A stretch of DNA of 57,075 nt from positions 3,181-60,255 of the forward strand of contig RDEW01000117.1 of NCBI GenBank assembly GCA_011109175.1, given 5' to 3'. Source of the DNA: Dicyema japonicum. Taxonomy: Eukaryota > Animalia > Dicyemida. Below, in pieces: positions 37,521 to 51,404 of the stretch (its first letter is position 1; every line of letters begins with the position of its first letter). The notes under the pieces are model-generated. The model saw only the letters and a list, made by a program, of their open reading frames with translations. It was not told the DNA's origin and made no database searches. A program made the translations under genes and the position numbers.

Positions 37521-39084
37521 TCAGTATGACCAACAAGAAACACAAAAAGTGACGGGTAATTGATTTATTTTAAATTAATAATTTTATTACTTTAGTAAAT
37601 TTATTCAATTATAAATTTAAAAATTAAAAATGCATTGGGGTATTTATTTCGAATGTGACTGCTACTTTCCTGCTACAAAATCAACATTTTGGAATTCTCA
37701 AGATATTTACAAACTTTCCAATATCTTCACGTCCATCGTTAGACAATTTGTTCTACCTATTATCGAGTACGCCTCTACTGCATGGATTTCCTCCTTATCA
37801 ATATCGGCACAGAGCAAGCTGGTAGTTCTACAATACCGATGTCTCATAATTCTATTGAGATCGTCGGAAAAGTCATCCACTTCGTTACTACGGAGAACAC
37901 TAAACGTCCCCCAATCATGGAATTACTTACGGAACGTCAGCGGAACTTCCTCAAGGTGGTAAAGTCCCCTGACCATCCCCTCGGGCCAGACATCACACTA
38001 TATCTGGACGCCTGCCCGAGATATGAGAAGAACTTTCCCCGTTGTGGAGATTAATCCAGGACTCCAAAACTAACCGCATGAAAAGGACTGGTATGGACAC
38101 CGGGATCACTTTATTAGACGATAACTTTTATCAAGATAAACTGGCCTATGAAGATTTCTAATGCAAACCTTTATAGTACATGCAAATTCGGTATGCTGTC
38201 AGTTGATATTTTCAAATCAAGATGGAGCCTCTTTGGCCACGTGTTACGTTTAAATGGCCAGGTCCTCGCAAATGTCGCAATGGACAACTACTTCGCACAC
38301 AGGAGCCGTATTCCGCGGAAAGTCAAAAACGACACTTCCGACTATTTTGAATGAAGACCCATCGGCCGTTGGTATGAGACTAACTTCGGCGGACGATCTT
38401 GACTACCTAAGAGAACAAGCGCGCAACAGAGGATCATGGTCGAGGTTGACGGAGAAGATGATTAGGAATACAGCACAAGGGGAATTTAACTAATTTTATG
38501 TTTTCTCAGGATACACTCTACAAGCAGTACATTTAACCTAAAATTTGTTATTCATGTGCTCTTGGGGGACAAACATCGCCGCTACGAATTTAACTTAGAT
38601 CCATAAAATTCAGTCACAGACAGCGAAAGTACAGAAGTTTTCTTGCAAGGAAATCCTGCACGAGATCTTTGAGAACTGGGCCATTTTTCTGGCGAAAGAT
38701 TCATATGCACGAACCCCGTCCTTATCGCAGATGTGCCGGAACACAGTCTTAGCACCAGGAAAAGATGCGAAGACTGCTAAGGGAAGCCGGGATCACCTGA
38801 ATTTTCTTATTCTGGCTATGACGGTGGTTTTTTGTTAATAAATTGAATTTAAATAAAAAATACGATATATTGATTTGTTGCAGGAAAGTGGTTGTTTTAA
38901 AACTGGATTTATATTTCGGCTACGTCTACAATCATGGAGAAAAAACGACGTACCCTATGTCTACTTGATTGAAGATTTCTCTATAGTATCCACCTTACTC
39001 AAAAAACATCGAATGCATGAGGACACTCCTCCTAATTAGGAATCCATAATAAATTAATTAAAACTAATTTATTACGAAACAAGA

Positions 39085-39890
39085 CAATCAAAATAATCAG
39101 CTGATAGGATGGATTGGCTGTTTCCCCTGACAACTGTCAGAGAAATCCTTTGGAACAACCATTCGACTTCCCGAAGCTCATTGCTAACTTTCGAAATCAT
39201 TGACCCAAGTGATCTTAGAAAAGAGACAGTCTTAGACCCTAAGACTCCATTCGTCTCGATAACAGTGGCTGTCGTATTTTTATCTTAAAATTCCCGAAAT
39301 TCCAAGCAGCCTCCCTATCTTTCAATGCGAAACCAGCAAGGATCGACTTAGAATAGGTATCGGATCAAGAGAGCGCTTCACAACCCCGTTGATGGCTGCA
39401 TGCCTCGGTAACCGGCCTCTGCTAAGACAGCAAGAGAGTGGGTGAAGTCTTTTGCAGTCCACAACAGATCCACAACGGCATAGACGAGGCTGGCACAGGT
39501 CGATCCAGAGACGGATAGAATCCCACTCCGGAGGGGGTCCTGTTTCAGAAGGTAACCAATTGACGATGATAAGAATGCGTTCAGCCAAGCACCGCTGTGA
39601 AAGGAAGAGGCTGCCAGAATGCAAGCCCTACGGTGCAAGTCTTTCGTTTGCATAAGGGTATGTGTGAACAGAATGTCGGTCCAGTTTCTCAGTAGGTCTG
39701 TATCAAGAAGGGGTTCTCCGGAAGCCACCGACCAGCTCTTCAACCCATTAGCAATCTTGTCTTCCAGAGCCAACTTGCAGAGATCTGGAAGAATGGTCCG
39801 GATAAGAAACATTTAGCACGATAAAGAGGACATGAAGGATGGTAAGGAAACGTCCACAACAGAAGTTAAGCCGATGCCCCCAAATCTGAA
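39085..39890 (-). mobile_element. CRE-like retrotransposon remnant (post-RT region, CCHC finger, RLE end); partial duplicate at 31520-31770
   Basis: LAASSFHSGAWLNA, LCQPRLCRCGSVVDCKRLHPLSC..RGRLPRHAAINGVVKRSL, and RISLTVVRGN-type end near 39120. Confidence 0.85.
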
Positions 39891-40259
39891 GGTAAAAAAG
39901 CTTGCTTCAATCCAATTTTATCGAAATTTATATTAACAATTTCTTCAATAGTCTTGGAGATGTTTAAATTCTCCAGGCTTTCCAAAACTAGGTATCAAGG
40001 AAAGGAACGTACCAAACACATTAGCCTTGAAGGAAAAAATAATTCTTTAATAGAAAAAAGTATGTGGGTAAATTTCAAGATTAACGCTGGTAATCTCCGA
40101 AAGTTTTCTATCAAGAATACAAGGGATAATATCTTTGGAAATGGAGAAGCCCAATATGTATATAATTATACAATTATAACTTTTTTAATTATTGTCTAAA
40201 AAAATTTATAAATTAAATAACTTAGAATATTTTATTAAATAACCGCGCGTATCACTGTG

Positions 40260-40851
40260 ATGTCCTCAAAAATTGTAACTCCTAATTATTATAAGCAGAA
40301 GAAAATACTTAACAGCACCATCAAAAGTAAAAGAAGAACAGAGAGTAAGTCTATCTTTTCTGAAATAGCCCCCCAAACTGATAGATTAAAATCTGTACTT
40401 CTTTTTGAACGAATGAGTGATAATGCAATCCCCCTGTTCGAAGAGATCCTACCTCACCTGGGATTAACTTATTCAGGTATATAATTGTGTGATCTTAGTG
40501 CTTACGACTACGTAATCCCTGCGAACTCTGTGGTATTAGTGAAGACCGACATAAAGATTAAGTTCCCTGAAGGCAGCTATGGAAGAATAGGTTTGGAGTT
40601 GTAAGAATAGGTTTGGAGTTCCTTGCAAAAATCTTGGAAAGAAGCGGGTTTTTCTGAACGGTGAGGTGTTATCATTATTAATAGGAGGAGTCATCGATCC
40701 TGATTACAGGGGGAACATCGGACTAATTGTGGACAACCATGGGACTTTTTATTTTATTGGTTGTATTTGACTTTATTTAGTAAATCGTGGGGATTCCATT
40801 GGACTGATTGTTATTGAGATGATAGCTCTTCCGGACATTGTTATGAATTGA
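40260..40851 (+). pseudogene. DUT: Degenerate dUTPase-like gene with basic N-terminal extension
   Basis: FERMSDNAIP..PGINLFS|AYDYVIPANSVVLVKTDIKIKFPEGSYGRI..ERSG..GGVIDPDYRGNIGLI..V NRGDSIGLIVIE. Introns of 22, 24 and 21 nt. Motif 1 D to N, motif 4 RIAQ to SIGL, motif 5 not found, frameshifts present. Confidence 0.85.
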
Positions 40852-41479
40852 TTTGTGATTTTGTTTTAATTCCAGTATTTTTGATATTTATTAATATTGT
40901 GTATTTTATAAAATAGGGATCAATTTGTGTGTCGTAAAGTGATTGAGGACATTGAGGTGAGTCAGAAACATTCAGTGTCGTCTCTGGTACCTGCACTTCT
41001 CCTCACGTTCGATGTTGTCTAGAGTATTTCATAAACCTCCTGAAAAGGGAAGGTTTCTTTTCAAATTGCATATTCCAAGTAGGCAAGGATCTCTTCCTTG
41101 AGTGGTTTTTCGACTGACCTGCAGTTGTCAGAAAATTGCGTGGCCTGTCCGTAGATGTTCCAAAACGGCCTTAACATTAAGAGTCTTCCTTAATAGGCGT
41201 TTTGCATTACAGTAAAATTCGAAGGCATCGATTTTTTTACAACTTCAAGCATGTTTTGTGTTCTGTCTCTTGTTTTATTTGCATTGCTTTTTCTGGACTC
41301 ACTTGCAGAGACTGTAAGATCGTCGGCATAATTTTTTGTGTCACGCTATTTTTTATTTTTGCTTTAAATTCGTTAAATAAAGCGAATATTTAATTTTAAA
41401 AAATAAAATTAATAAATTAGAGTTAAAATGAGCTCAAAGATTTTAATTTTATTAATTTTCAAATGAAAATCATAAAAAA

Positions 41480-43110
41480 TATTGACGAGCAATTTTCATT
41501 GACCGTTACTGTACAAAAACCATTCCGAAGAATGCATTTGGTAGTACTTCTAGTATTCTCTTGATTACAGAGGTGTCTACAAATATAGTTTGTATCGTCT
41601 GCGAAGAGATATCTGTTGCATTTGGTAGGAGTTTCTGAAAAACTTTAAGGCAACCTCCATTGATATTATGAAAAAGATTGGAGATAATGAATATTCCCGT
41701 GGGACACGTCGTATGAAATCCTGTGGACACTTCCCAGTATGACTGTGTTGTCCAGCCTTGAAGGAAAAGACATGTCTATTAAATGAATTTCATTTCGAAG
41801 GTAGCGGACGGACGTAAGCTGCTTAGATGGCCCTTGATTTACAGGTTTTTGTTGGGACTAGTAGTCCTTCACAAAGAATTCCTGGATTGTAATACATTCC
41901 CGTTCTATTGAAAATTTTCATATAACTCTCGCTAGTTCGATAGACCCGTACTGAAAGGTCCTGTGGTACTCCGTCAGATCCCGGAGATTCACTGATATTG
42001 AGTTTAGATATCGCAGATAGTGTTTCTTTGATTCTTATTTTGTACTTTAGTGCCTTTGGGTTACCTGGATGCGGGAATTTATGTGACGATCGAACGACCT
42101 CACTTCATTCTTATATTTTTCAATTTCATTCACCAGATTTCTCGGTTTTTGATTTTCTTGAAATCTCGTCGATTGAGTTGTACCCATGGCTTTTCTTGCT
42201 ATAATTTTATTATAGTGACTATTTCCTTCCACCATTCAATCGGGGATATATCTTTCAGTGGTTTCATGCTTTTGGTCAGGGTGATCCTATATCTTTGTCG
42301 GGTTGTTTCATCAAATAACAGAGTTCACTGCTATCGGACACTATGCTCTTCCTACAAAGGCACGTGTCATAAAAAAAAGGGCAACAGCTTTACGATGATT
42401 TTTTGACGTCAGGAGATCGTTGTAGGATCTCGAGTCAACTATAATCTCTTTTGGCCTTGTCTGCATACCATATACTTGATTTGGTTAGATATCATGATTA
42501 ATGTGTCATGTTGGGTTCTTCTTGTCACAGTCCACGTGGTAATGTGTGTTTGAATGTGTATTGCAGGTTCATGTTAAAAATTCAACTATTAGTGTCTAGA
42601 GATTCCTTATGTTTTTCCCATGTGATTCAATACATAGGTCTCATCAGGCTCTCTGTCAGTTATAGCCTCTAGTCTCCAGCAATAAGAAGCAGTACGATGA
42701 CATTTCTGCATATACACTTGAGAGGGAATCACAAAACTCTTCTATGTTCCTTGCAACTCTCGTCCCTGTTAAGACATGAATGTTTATGTAAGAATTCTTA
42801 CCTTCCCATCACGGATTTTCATAATGCTGATCCGATCATTGATCCTCTTTATTGTGCTAACATATGGTTCAATACTCTTAAAGACAGCGAAGCCAATACT
42901 ACTACAATGAGGGGATTCGGAGGCACATATGTAGTCAACAATATTCACAATGTGTTGCTTCTTTACCTTCGTTTTTTGTAAACATCAGATTGATACTTTG
43001 TAGCTTTTGAGGACATGAGCCAGGTAACGCCTCCTTTGATCATCGTTCAGGCCACTTGCGTTTAGGAAGCCAAAAGTGAAAGGACCCTTACTGACTTAGC
43101 GTGCGCCATG
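41480..43110 (-). mobile_element. RTE-clade LINE 5' remnant (APE endonuclease and linker)
   Basis: SIGFAVFKSIEPYVSTIKRINDRISIMKI and HITTW...NQI.Y motifs. Many stops. Confidence 0.65.
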
Positions 43111-43677
43111 GAGGGTGGTCACCAACGTCCGATATTAAAATTTGATAAAAATGGAGGAACCGTCAAAAGGTACATAAATGTCAACAAGAATAAGTAAACC
43201 ACCCCCAACTGAACTAGTGAAGGTCGGAATAATTTTTGAAATATGGAGACTTGGATTTCGATGTAACCTTTGTTTATTGAATAAGCAGTGTCCATTTTAC
43301 AAGCCAAGTAAATTAATACATTTTTTTGAAAAGTCCGTTTATGTTCAACCGAATCAACTTTGACTGAAATGACTTTGATTCAGAATAAGATTCTCGCCAC
43401 CACACATGATTAAAAAAATCTGGAAACGTTAGTTTGGCGCCCCACTCGTAGCCACTAACAAGCAAACTATTTTGTAGTCTCTCGATAGGGGAAAGAAGTT
43501 GATTTGTTCGCTACAAAAGTAGGAAATTTTCTACACGAGAAAGTGACACGCATGAAAACCAAAACCTAATTTTTTAAATAAAATTAATTATTTGAAAAAT
43601 AAAATAAATTTTAAATAATAAATCGTGAAATAAATGTGATTCTTGTTTGCCCTTATATACTTTGTAAATAAATTTAA

Positions 43678-44137
43678 ATGGAACTCGAGGAAAGAATATT
43701 TTCAGATGATTCTACTTCAGATTCTGACGGAGAGCTGCTAGACTTGTATCAAAGGGACTTACCAAACCTGGCCTCTACAAAAGTAGAAAAGAAAAACGAC
43801 AGGATCAGGATAATGAAGGTTTAACTAGGGTACTATATCAATTCTCCCAATCCAAGTTAATGTTGATAGAAAGACTCGATATCCTTGTGAGAGGCCAACA
43901 ATTCGTTGAATTCCCCGAAAATGAACAGAAAAGTGGAAAAAGTTCAATTAATGTTGATTTCACCGACAGACGGTCTCGTGAAAAGCTGTCCTTTATGGCG
44001 ACCCAGAAGGCTGTCTCTGAAGGACTCGGCAGATTATACAAACTTGGAGTTCCTACTACCAGACTCGATGATTACTTTGCAGAAATGGCCAAATCTGACG
44101 TCTACGTGAAAAAAAGTCAGTGAGCGACTGGTAGAAT
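43678..44137 (+). pseudogene. EBNA1BP2: rRNA-processing protein EBP2, N-terminal half only
   Basis: DSDGELLDLYQ(K)GLTKPGL...GL..VL..F...LIERLDI...REKLSFMATQKAVSEGLGRLYKLGVPTTRLDDYFAEMAKSD. Needs one A added at 43751-3. Runs into repeat DNA (also present at ~27640-27720) straight after the AKSD motif. Confidence 0.88.
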
Positions 44138-44559
44138 AGACCGGGGAAAGATTATTAGTTTTATTCTTTTGTTCCTCCTCTTTCTTTTTGGCTCCAGGGA
44201 GCTTCAATTGTTAGCCTGCGTCATGTGGTCCACCATTTCTGGTGGTGACAGTAATAATCCTAAGTTATATCTAAAAGGATTATTAGTCAACAACCACCCA
44301 GAGGATTTCCCCCTGACGGCACTTGCTCCAAGTCCGAGGATGTTGAGGAAAGCCGGGATTACTCAATTTTTTTAATTCTGTCTATGACGGTGTTTTTTGG
44401 TTCAATAAATTTAAAATATAAACTAGCATCTAAATATTAAATATAATTTAAAATATACATAAAAACATTTTGGAAGAACACTATTTTGAAAATGTTGATG
44501 CGAGTAATCATTTGCGATAATTGAAATAGCCACATAAAGAACTCCAAAAGAACATGTAG

Positions 44560-47500
44560 TTTTCACTGTATCTAAAAAGTTTCTTTTTTTTCCTTTCTCC
44601 TTAAACTATTGTCGGAAGATGCCAGAACCTTTATGACGCATTCTGATGGTTACGAACAAGGGATATTTCAGATTTTTTTATTGCGTCCACATTTGAGCTC
44701 ATCGAGATCGGTGAAAACAGATTATTGAGAACTGAAGAGTCCTGTGGGAATTTTGTTGTGGAATTCCCAGCATTGACCTTTTGTATTCTGCTTTAACAAC
44801 CCAGAAGATGCTAGCTTATTTGAAAGGGATCTCAATGCAAAGTTGCCTTTTGGGGATAATGGACACAAACTTACACGAACTAAGTTACCACCCTCGAAAT
44901 TGTATTAAAAAATTTACCAACGTGGGTTGAACTTGAAGAGCTTGATGAATACCTTGGTATCATTATATCTTCAGAGTTAACTATCAAAAGATTTGAAAAA
45001 CGTGGCGAAAGATTACCTATGACAAAACTAATAATAGAAAACCGTTGAGAAGCTCAGTCTTTAACTAGAGTTGGTTTTAAAATTGGTTTCTTAAAAGTCA
45101 CAGCTGAATGGTTTAAAAAACCTGAAATTCAATGCTTTCGCTGTCAGTTATTCGGTCATATTGCGCGTTTCTGCAAAAACGTTGAAAGATGTTTGATTTG
45201 TTCAGGAAACCACAGAAGGTCGGACTGTCAACTTGACTTAAAAAGGGTAAAAATTGCATAAATTGTGGATCAACTAACCACATGGCTAACTACGGAGGTT
45301 GCTCTTGTGCAAAAGCAGCTAATAAACTCAAGATGGATAAATTTTTACCTCAAAGTAAACCTCGCAATAAAAGTGTTGCTAAAGGAAGTAATGTTGGCAG
45401 GAAGATGGAGACAATAAAGATTTGGCCAAGCCAACTCGAACAGGATGGAATCCGATCATTTCTAAGAATACGACTTTGGATATTGGAATGCAGACGGATA
45501 GACCACCAGTGTCCTCCGTTGACAGTGAATCCCAAACACAGTCACTTAGTTAATCAGCGAATACAAACGATTCGAATGGACAGGAAGAACCCACGGTAAA
45601 CAGAAATGTTCAGGAAGAGGAACATTTTCATAATATTGTTGAACAATTATCTAAAAATATTAAAAACATGACAAGAACGAAGAAGGATGCCAAGTTTTTA
45701 CTTGGTCTGGTGGCGCTCCTAAGAAGAGAGGACAGCCACCAAATAAGTCAGATATAACCAGGATTACCTGGTTAATGCCCGCTCTCTTAAGAAGCGGGCT
45801 GCGGAGCTGGTAGCCCTTACCAGCGCTGTTGATATGGATGTATTAATTATTAATGAAACAAAGATGAAAAAACCTGGAATTATTAATATCCCGGGTTATA
45901 ATTCGATTGATATTCCATGGCGTTCCGGTGCCATAGCTGGTACAGGAACTCCCATTTTCTACAAAAAGAGTATTAAAACGCGATTACCTAGAATTATAGA
46001 AGAGAATGTCTGCGAATTTTTATGGATTGATTTGTACACTTCTATTGGTTGGATAACAATTTGAATTTACTCCAAAAGGTTAAGGAATTATCCAAGGATT
46101 ATAAAAGATTTTTTCGCTAATAATGCAAACCCAATCTTGTGGGAGATTGCAATCAAAAATATTGCATATGGTTGTGTGAAAACTAATTCTGACGGCAAAT
46201 GTTTATTGGAATAATGGAATCAGAAAATTTATAAGTTTTTACGTCTAAAGAACTTAATTATTTTCAACAAAGGAGTGCTGATAGATTGGGTGTTTTCGTT
46301 ATGCAAGAAACCTTGCTTTATTCGGTCTGCCCTATGTCGAAAATGATATAGGAGTGATCACTTACCTCAAACTTTGGAGTTGCGAACTGGACCCGTTTTT
46401 GAAGAAGAAATATTTCTTATAATATCAACAGAATTGAATGGGCTCATTTTAATTCTTATATTTCTATGAAGTTGTATAATATTCGAAAACTGAAAATTTT
46501 AAATCATGTGGATATCGATAGTTTGGAAAAATAAGAAATGTTATTTTAAACTATCTTGATTATTATGGAAAGAGGAGATTTCTTTCTCCGCATAGAAATA
46601 AATTTATGAATGGAGAGCAATGTCGTTTTCTTCGTGAAATGAGAAATTTGGAAGGAAAATTGAAACGATGTTGGGATCCACAAGATTCTAACCATCTCAA
46701 AGAGAGGATCAAGTCTATAAAGAGTGTATTGATCAAAGTATCAAAAAGTATTGAAGAAGATGGAGGAGAGAATGTCGAAAATGAATTCTTTGGATGAAAA
46801 TGAATTCTAAATCTCAAGTCTCGTGACGGCTCTTGGATCCCGAAAGAAAAGTTCCAGATGTCTTAAGACAACAGCTCGCAGAGGTACAAGAATTGGATTT
46901 TCTGTTAATTATTCCCCGAGGCATACAAACTAGTTTTCTTGAAGAGGAGCCATCTCCGCTTGTGGAGGGGCCTTTGTGATACGATTACTATGGAGGAGAT
47001 AATTCTTGCTATTAATGGATGCAGAAATAAAGCTCCGGATTGGGATTTTATCCCCCTGACTGTCTTCAAAAATGCTGGAATACCATTATTGAAAACGTTA
47101 TGGGCTTTATTTAATTCTTCGTGGTGTTCTGGACATGTTCCCTCTACTTGGAAGAAGTCTTTTGTACGGATGATCCCGAAGAAGGGAAAAGCTAGTTCAA
47201 ATCCAGGGAACTATAGGCCAATAAGCCTAATATGCAGTATCGAAAATTATAGAAAAAATCATTTTCAACAGATTATCAAAATACATTGAAGACAACAATT
47301 TTCTTCTCGATGATCAGTGGGTTTTCGCCCACTAGAGGTACTGGAGATTGTTTCTCAATATTATCAAATTTTATATGTGTTACTAAAAAGAATAGAGAAT
47401 GTCTTACGGCCGTATGTCTAGACATATCAAAGGCTTTTGATAGCGTTTGGCATGCTGGGTTGTTGAAAACTTTGTCAAATTTTAATGTTGGGAGCAAAGC

Positions 47501-48385
47501 TTAGTGTGGATGAAGGACTTTTTTTCTGGTAGAGAATCTTTTATACGTGTTGGAGATCATATATCGAAGAAAATTTTGTTAAAAAGAGGGGTTCCACAAG
47601 GTCTGTCTTAAGTCCCCTTTTATTCAATTGCTATGTGTGACATCCCGAAGGTTGAACATCTAAATTCGAAAATGCTAATATATGCCGATGATATTCTTTT
47701 GCTCGATCTTAGTATTAATAGATCGATTTCCTGGAAACGTGTTTAAACCCATGTCGAAAAATTAAATTCTGGTGCCGAGATAAAGGTATCTCTTTGAAAA
47801 ATGTACTGCTTCATGGATTGTGAATTACAAGAACAATTCAAAGATTTGTATTGATACTGAGCGATCAAATGCATGGAGCAGTTACAATATCTTGGTGTTT
47901 GTGTGAACTCGAAGGGTTCCTTCATTAATTATATCAAGAAAAAGAAAAAAAAGCTACGGCGATGTTGAAATCGATTCTACGTTTTCAATTGAGCCCGGAA
48001 ACTTTTCCTCACGTGTATGCAGCTAGTATAGAACCATTCTTGATTTATGGCTTCCAAGGATGGTTTGAAAGTGATGAGAGAAGTACTATTGTAGAGCTTC
48101 TCGATAAATCGAGAGATATGCTATCAAACTGGCATATGGACTTGATTTAAAGTCTAAATTACCAAGTGATGACCAGACTGCAAGATCCATTGAGGAAATA
48201 TTGCACCACTTGAAAAAATAATTTTTGTTGGATGCAAGGGGTCAATAATTTAAAGAGGAGACATATGGTGTCTCGTTAAACCAGACCCCATCAACCAGGA
48301 CAAACTCGTTGGCTTCTCCCTTTTTATTTAGTTTTTAATTAGCAACGAGTTTGTTATGTTAATAAAGTATCTATCTATCTCTACT
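44560..48385 (+). mobile_element. Near full-length decayed Jockey/I-group LINE (ORF1 with CCHC knuckles; ORF2 APE + RT)
   Basis: QCFRCQLFGHIARFC..RCLICSGNH..C..C.NCGSTNH, NARSL..DVLIINETK, NYRPISLI, LDISKAFDSVWH, GVPQG, YADDILL. Ends with AATAAA followed by (TATC)n at ~48360-48380. Confidence 0.9.
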
Positions 48386-49419
48386 GTCTTACAGAATGCT
48401 TTTGACTCCCAAGAAAATTAGTTACACGAATCTTTGTAATCCCTTGACATACAGGACTCTTCGTGGAAGTTGGAAATCTCTGGAAATGACCTAACATGGC
48501 AATGCGCTTCCTAATGATCTACAGTTTTTTGTATGTTAGAAAAAACAGACCTAAGCCAAAAGTCATGTTTCACGGAACTCCACAAACAACATGGAAGAGA
48601 AGGAATACATTTAATAAGTACCAAGATTCTCCCACTTGTATCGAAAAATGATTTCAAGAAAAACAATAAAAAATCTTTTGCTGAAGAAAGACACTATTTT
48701 GAATATTCTAAAAAATGTCAATTGTCTTTTAAAGCAGCACATTTTATCGAAAATCAAATTCTAATTCATTTTTCTAAAAATTATTTGTTCTTCAAAATTA
48801 TTTATTTTATTTTTTCAAAATTGGCCACAAAATTAAGGCACCAAAATCCCAAATCCGTATATCTTTTTAGCTGAGTACAGAAATCCTTCTACTACCTTTA
48901 GTAGTAGACCTCGACGGACTGTGTTGAAAGCTCTCAATAAATCTATGCCTAGGATTGTAGCTGCGTTTTAATATCTTTACAGCGCGGCGCCATTTATGGC
49001 TCGAAAATATATCGGTCGTTGATCACCCAGTCCTGAATCCACTATGATAGTTGTCCACTAGATCCATAATGTGGTTCAATGTAACTAATACCAAAACCTT
49101 AATCATAGCCCTAAACCATAACCTTAATGGACGATCACTCGACCTCTTTATTTTCAACTTTTTCCACTTTATCGCTTTATTAACTCAAAATAATTTTTTT
49201 TCAATTTTTGAAAAAATAAATTTTACTTATCAACTCGGAAAGTATCAATATCTCGGACGCTATGAAATACGAAAGTTATAATCCCGACCTCGCGACTTCG
49301 TAGGGCTCGGCTATCCTCCATAAGCTAGTGCTGGACGCTTCTACAGGTCTTTTATGTTCACATGAGGTCCCGGCAGGAGAAAGCTTCTTGTAGAATCAAT
49401 GATTAGTCCCGATTCATTT

Positions 49420-49720
49420 TTTATGAGGAAGTACCAATAATTTAATTTATGGGTCCTCCTTGTTTCTCTGTCGAGGGCAGTCTCTGAGTCATCCACCAGT
49501 GGTGGAGGGCCATGAATATGTTGCATTCCATAATTGTTCGAAGGGCTCCATTTTAGACTCTTTGAAGTTTTTAGATGTTGGAGGCTGCGAGGGATGAGGC
49601 CCAGGAGGGACATGCGTAGTTCAAGCTGGTCCTGATATGTCCTGGCCAAAGATAGATCTGGCCACCGCGCAAAAGGCGTTCCTTTTCTTGTTTGCTTTTG
49701 TAACAACGTGGTACACGTGG
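49420..49720 (-). mobile_element. LINE RT C-terminal fragment
   Basis: YIRTSLNYACPSWASSL..KLQRV.NGALRTI in the frame alternative to the listed ORF. Confidence 0.7.
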
Positions 49721-51404
49721 GAGGAGAATGTATGGCATTGGTCGTAGATTACTCCTAGAATTTCAATTCTTGAGATAGGGAGGTCTTCTCAGGAGATTTC
49801 AGCTCTGGTTTTTTGTTTAGCTGGTGTTGGTAGGAGGGGAATACTGTAACGCTGGGAGAGGGGGAGATGTGGTTGGTTAATAACATGGGCTCTAGAGAAT
49901 CCAATTATGTTATTTTTTATCTCTGGCCGCGAGATCAAATCGTCCGCGTAGGGCAGGACCAGTGTATCTTCCAGGTAGATGTTGAACAAAGCCAGAATAT
50001 CCCCTTCAAGAGAAATTCCAGAAGACCTCGCCATTTAAAAAAAAATTGTTCTGTCTGTCCACGAAATGTTCCATCACTTTTATGACATACAGTGTACTCC
50101 TCAAAGATGAAGTTGATGTCTTTCTGTTACGTTTATGTAGGATTCCCAGCCACGTGTTCTGTATGACTTGTAGATTGTGTGGATTTTGATAAGGTGTAAT
50201 CCACGCCGCACGTGCATGTTCGATTGTTGGTAGGACATATTGTTTGTATAATAATTCAAGGTAAGGAGAAGGGATATCGAGGATCTATAAAAGTCTTTAG
50301 GATCCCCATCTTTTTGGACTCTAATGTATCCAAATGATTTGTGAATGTATCAGAGGGTCGAATGTGACTCCAAGGATGGAGGGTTCTTCTTAACTGGGAT
50401 AAGTTCTCCATTCCAAGTTAATTTAGGATCGAGCGACGCATGTTTCCTGTAGGAAGAGATAACATTAATGTTCGACTTCCCAGGAGTTATATTCAAGCGG
50501 TTGAGGAACCATGGATCCGTATTGTCGAGAATCTCCTGAACCCTCCACTTGGCTTTTTTGTGATAACAGTGTCTCGCTGTCATAATGTGATAGTCGGCAT
50601 AAGACAGAAGGATGTGTTTTGAGATTTTGGAGTTGGAAAGTCTCTTGTAAATAGACTGAACATAGCCGGCGATAGTGGGGATCCTTGAGGGACCCCATTT
50701 GGGAGTGTGTCGTAGTTTTGATTTTCGATTGTTTATTACAACCTGACCTCTTATGTCTTTGATGAATGTGTGGAAGTTGAATGTCAGGATCTGAATTTCG
50801 GGAAGCTGTAACGAGAGAGCAATCTTCTGAAGGATTAATTTTTCTAGTATCTGCGAAAGTCCAAAGAGGATTGATACTGGACGGTAAGACCGGGGGTCGT
50901 CCAGAGACTTGTTTCGTTTCGGATTGGACGTATCAGGGGTAAGATGTGATTTAAATTCGTTATCCGTCGATCACTGTCCTCGAGAAGCTCATTAAGTGCT
51001 GAAAGTTTCCTTGATCAGTACTCTGTCACTGAAATTCGGATGCTCCTATCAAACTCGTGGGTGCGAGTTCTCTAATCGTCCACCTGCGATCTCACCGTTT
51101 ACCGGAAGTGCTTCCGCTAATGTTTGGGGAGGAACTTGATCAAATGTCTTCCTTCAGGACTACACGTGAACAATCTTGTTTCCAAATGAGTTTCTTGGTT
51201 CTTTTCAGAAACACAGGAAACCATGTTTCCTATAGACTCTTGAGAGTGGAGAGGGATGGACTCTGACGAAGGAAGAAGACTTCCGTTTTTGAATACCCCA
51301 GTCCATAAATTATAAAGGAAGTAACTCAAGTTATTTCCTAAAATGCCGCATTACGGTAACCACGGCATATAAATAGACAAATTCTACGACCGTCAAACTT
51401 TGTT

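Larger units (their letters stand above)
23815..39430. repeat. Head-to-tail segmental duplication: unit A ~23815-31770, unit B ~31771-39430
   Basis: Collinear, highly similar blocks (LINE fragment, non-coding element, RBBP6, LINE, RTE, CRE fragment), with unit-specific indels: A 24850-25560 vs B 32730-33390, A-only 26590-27020, B-only 38947-39226. Confidence 0.95.
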
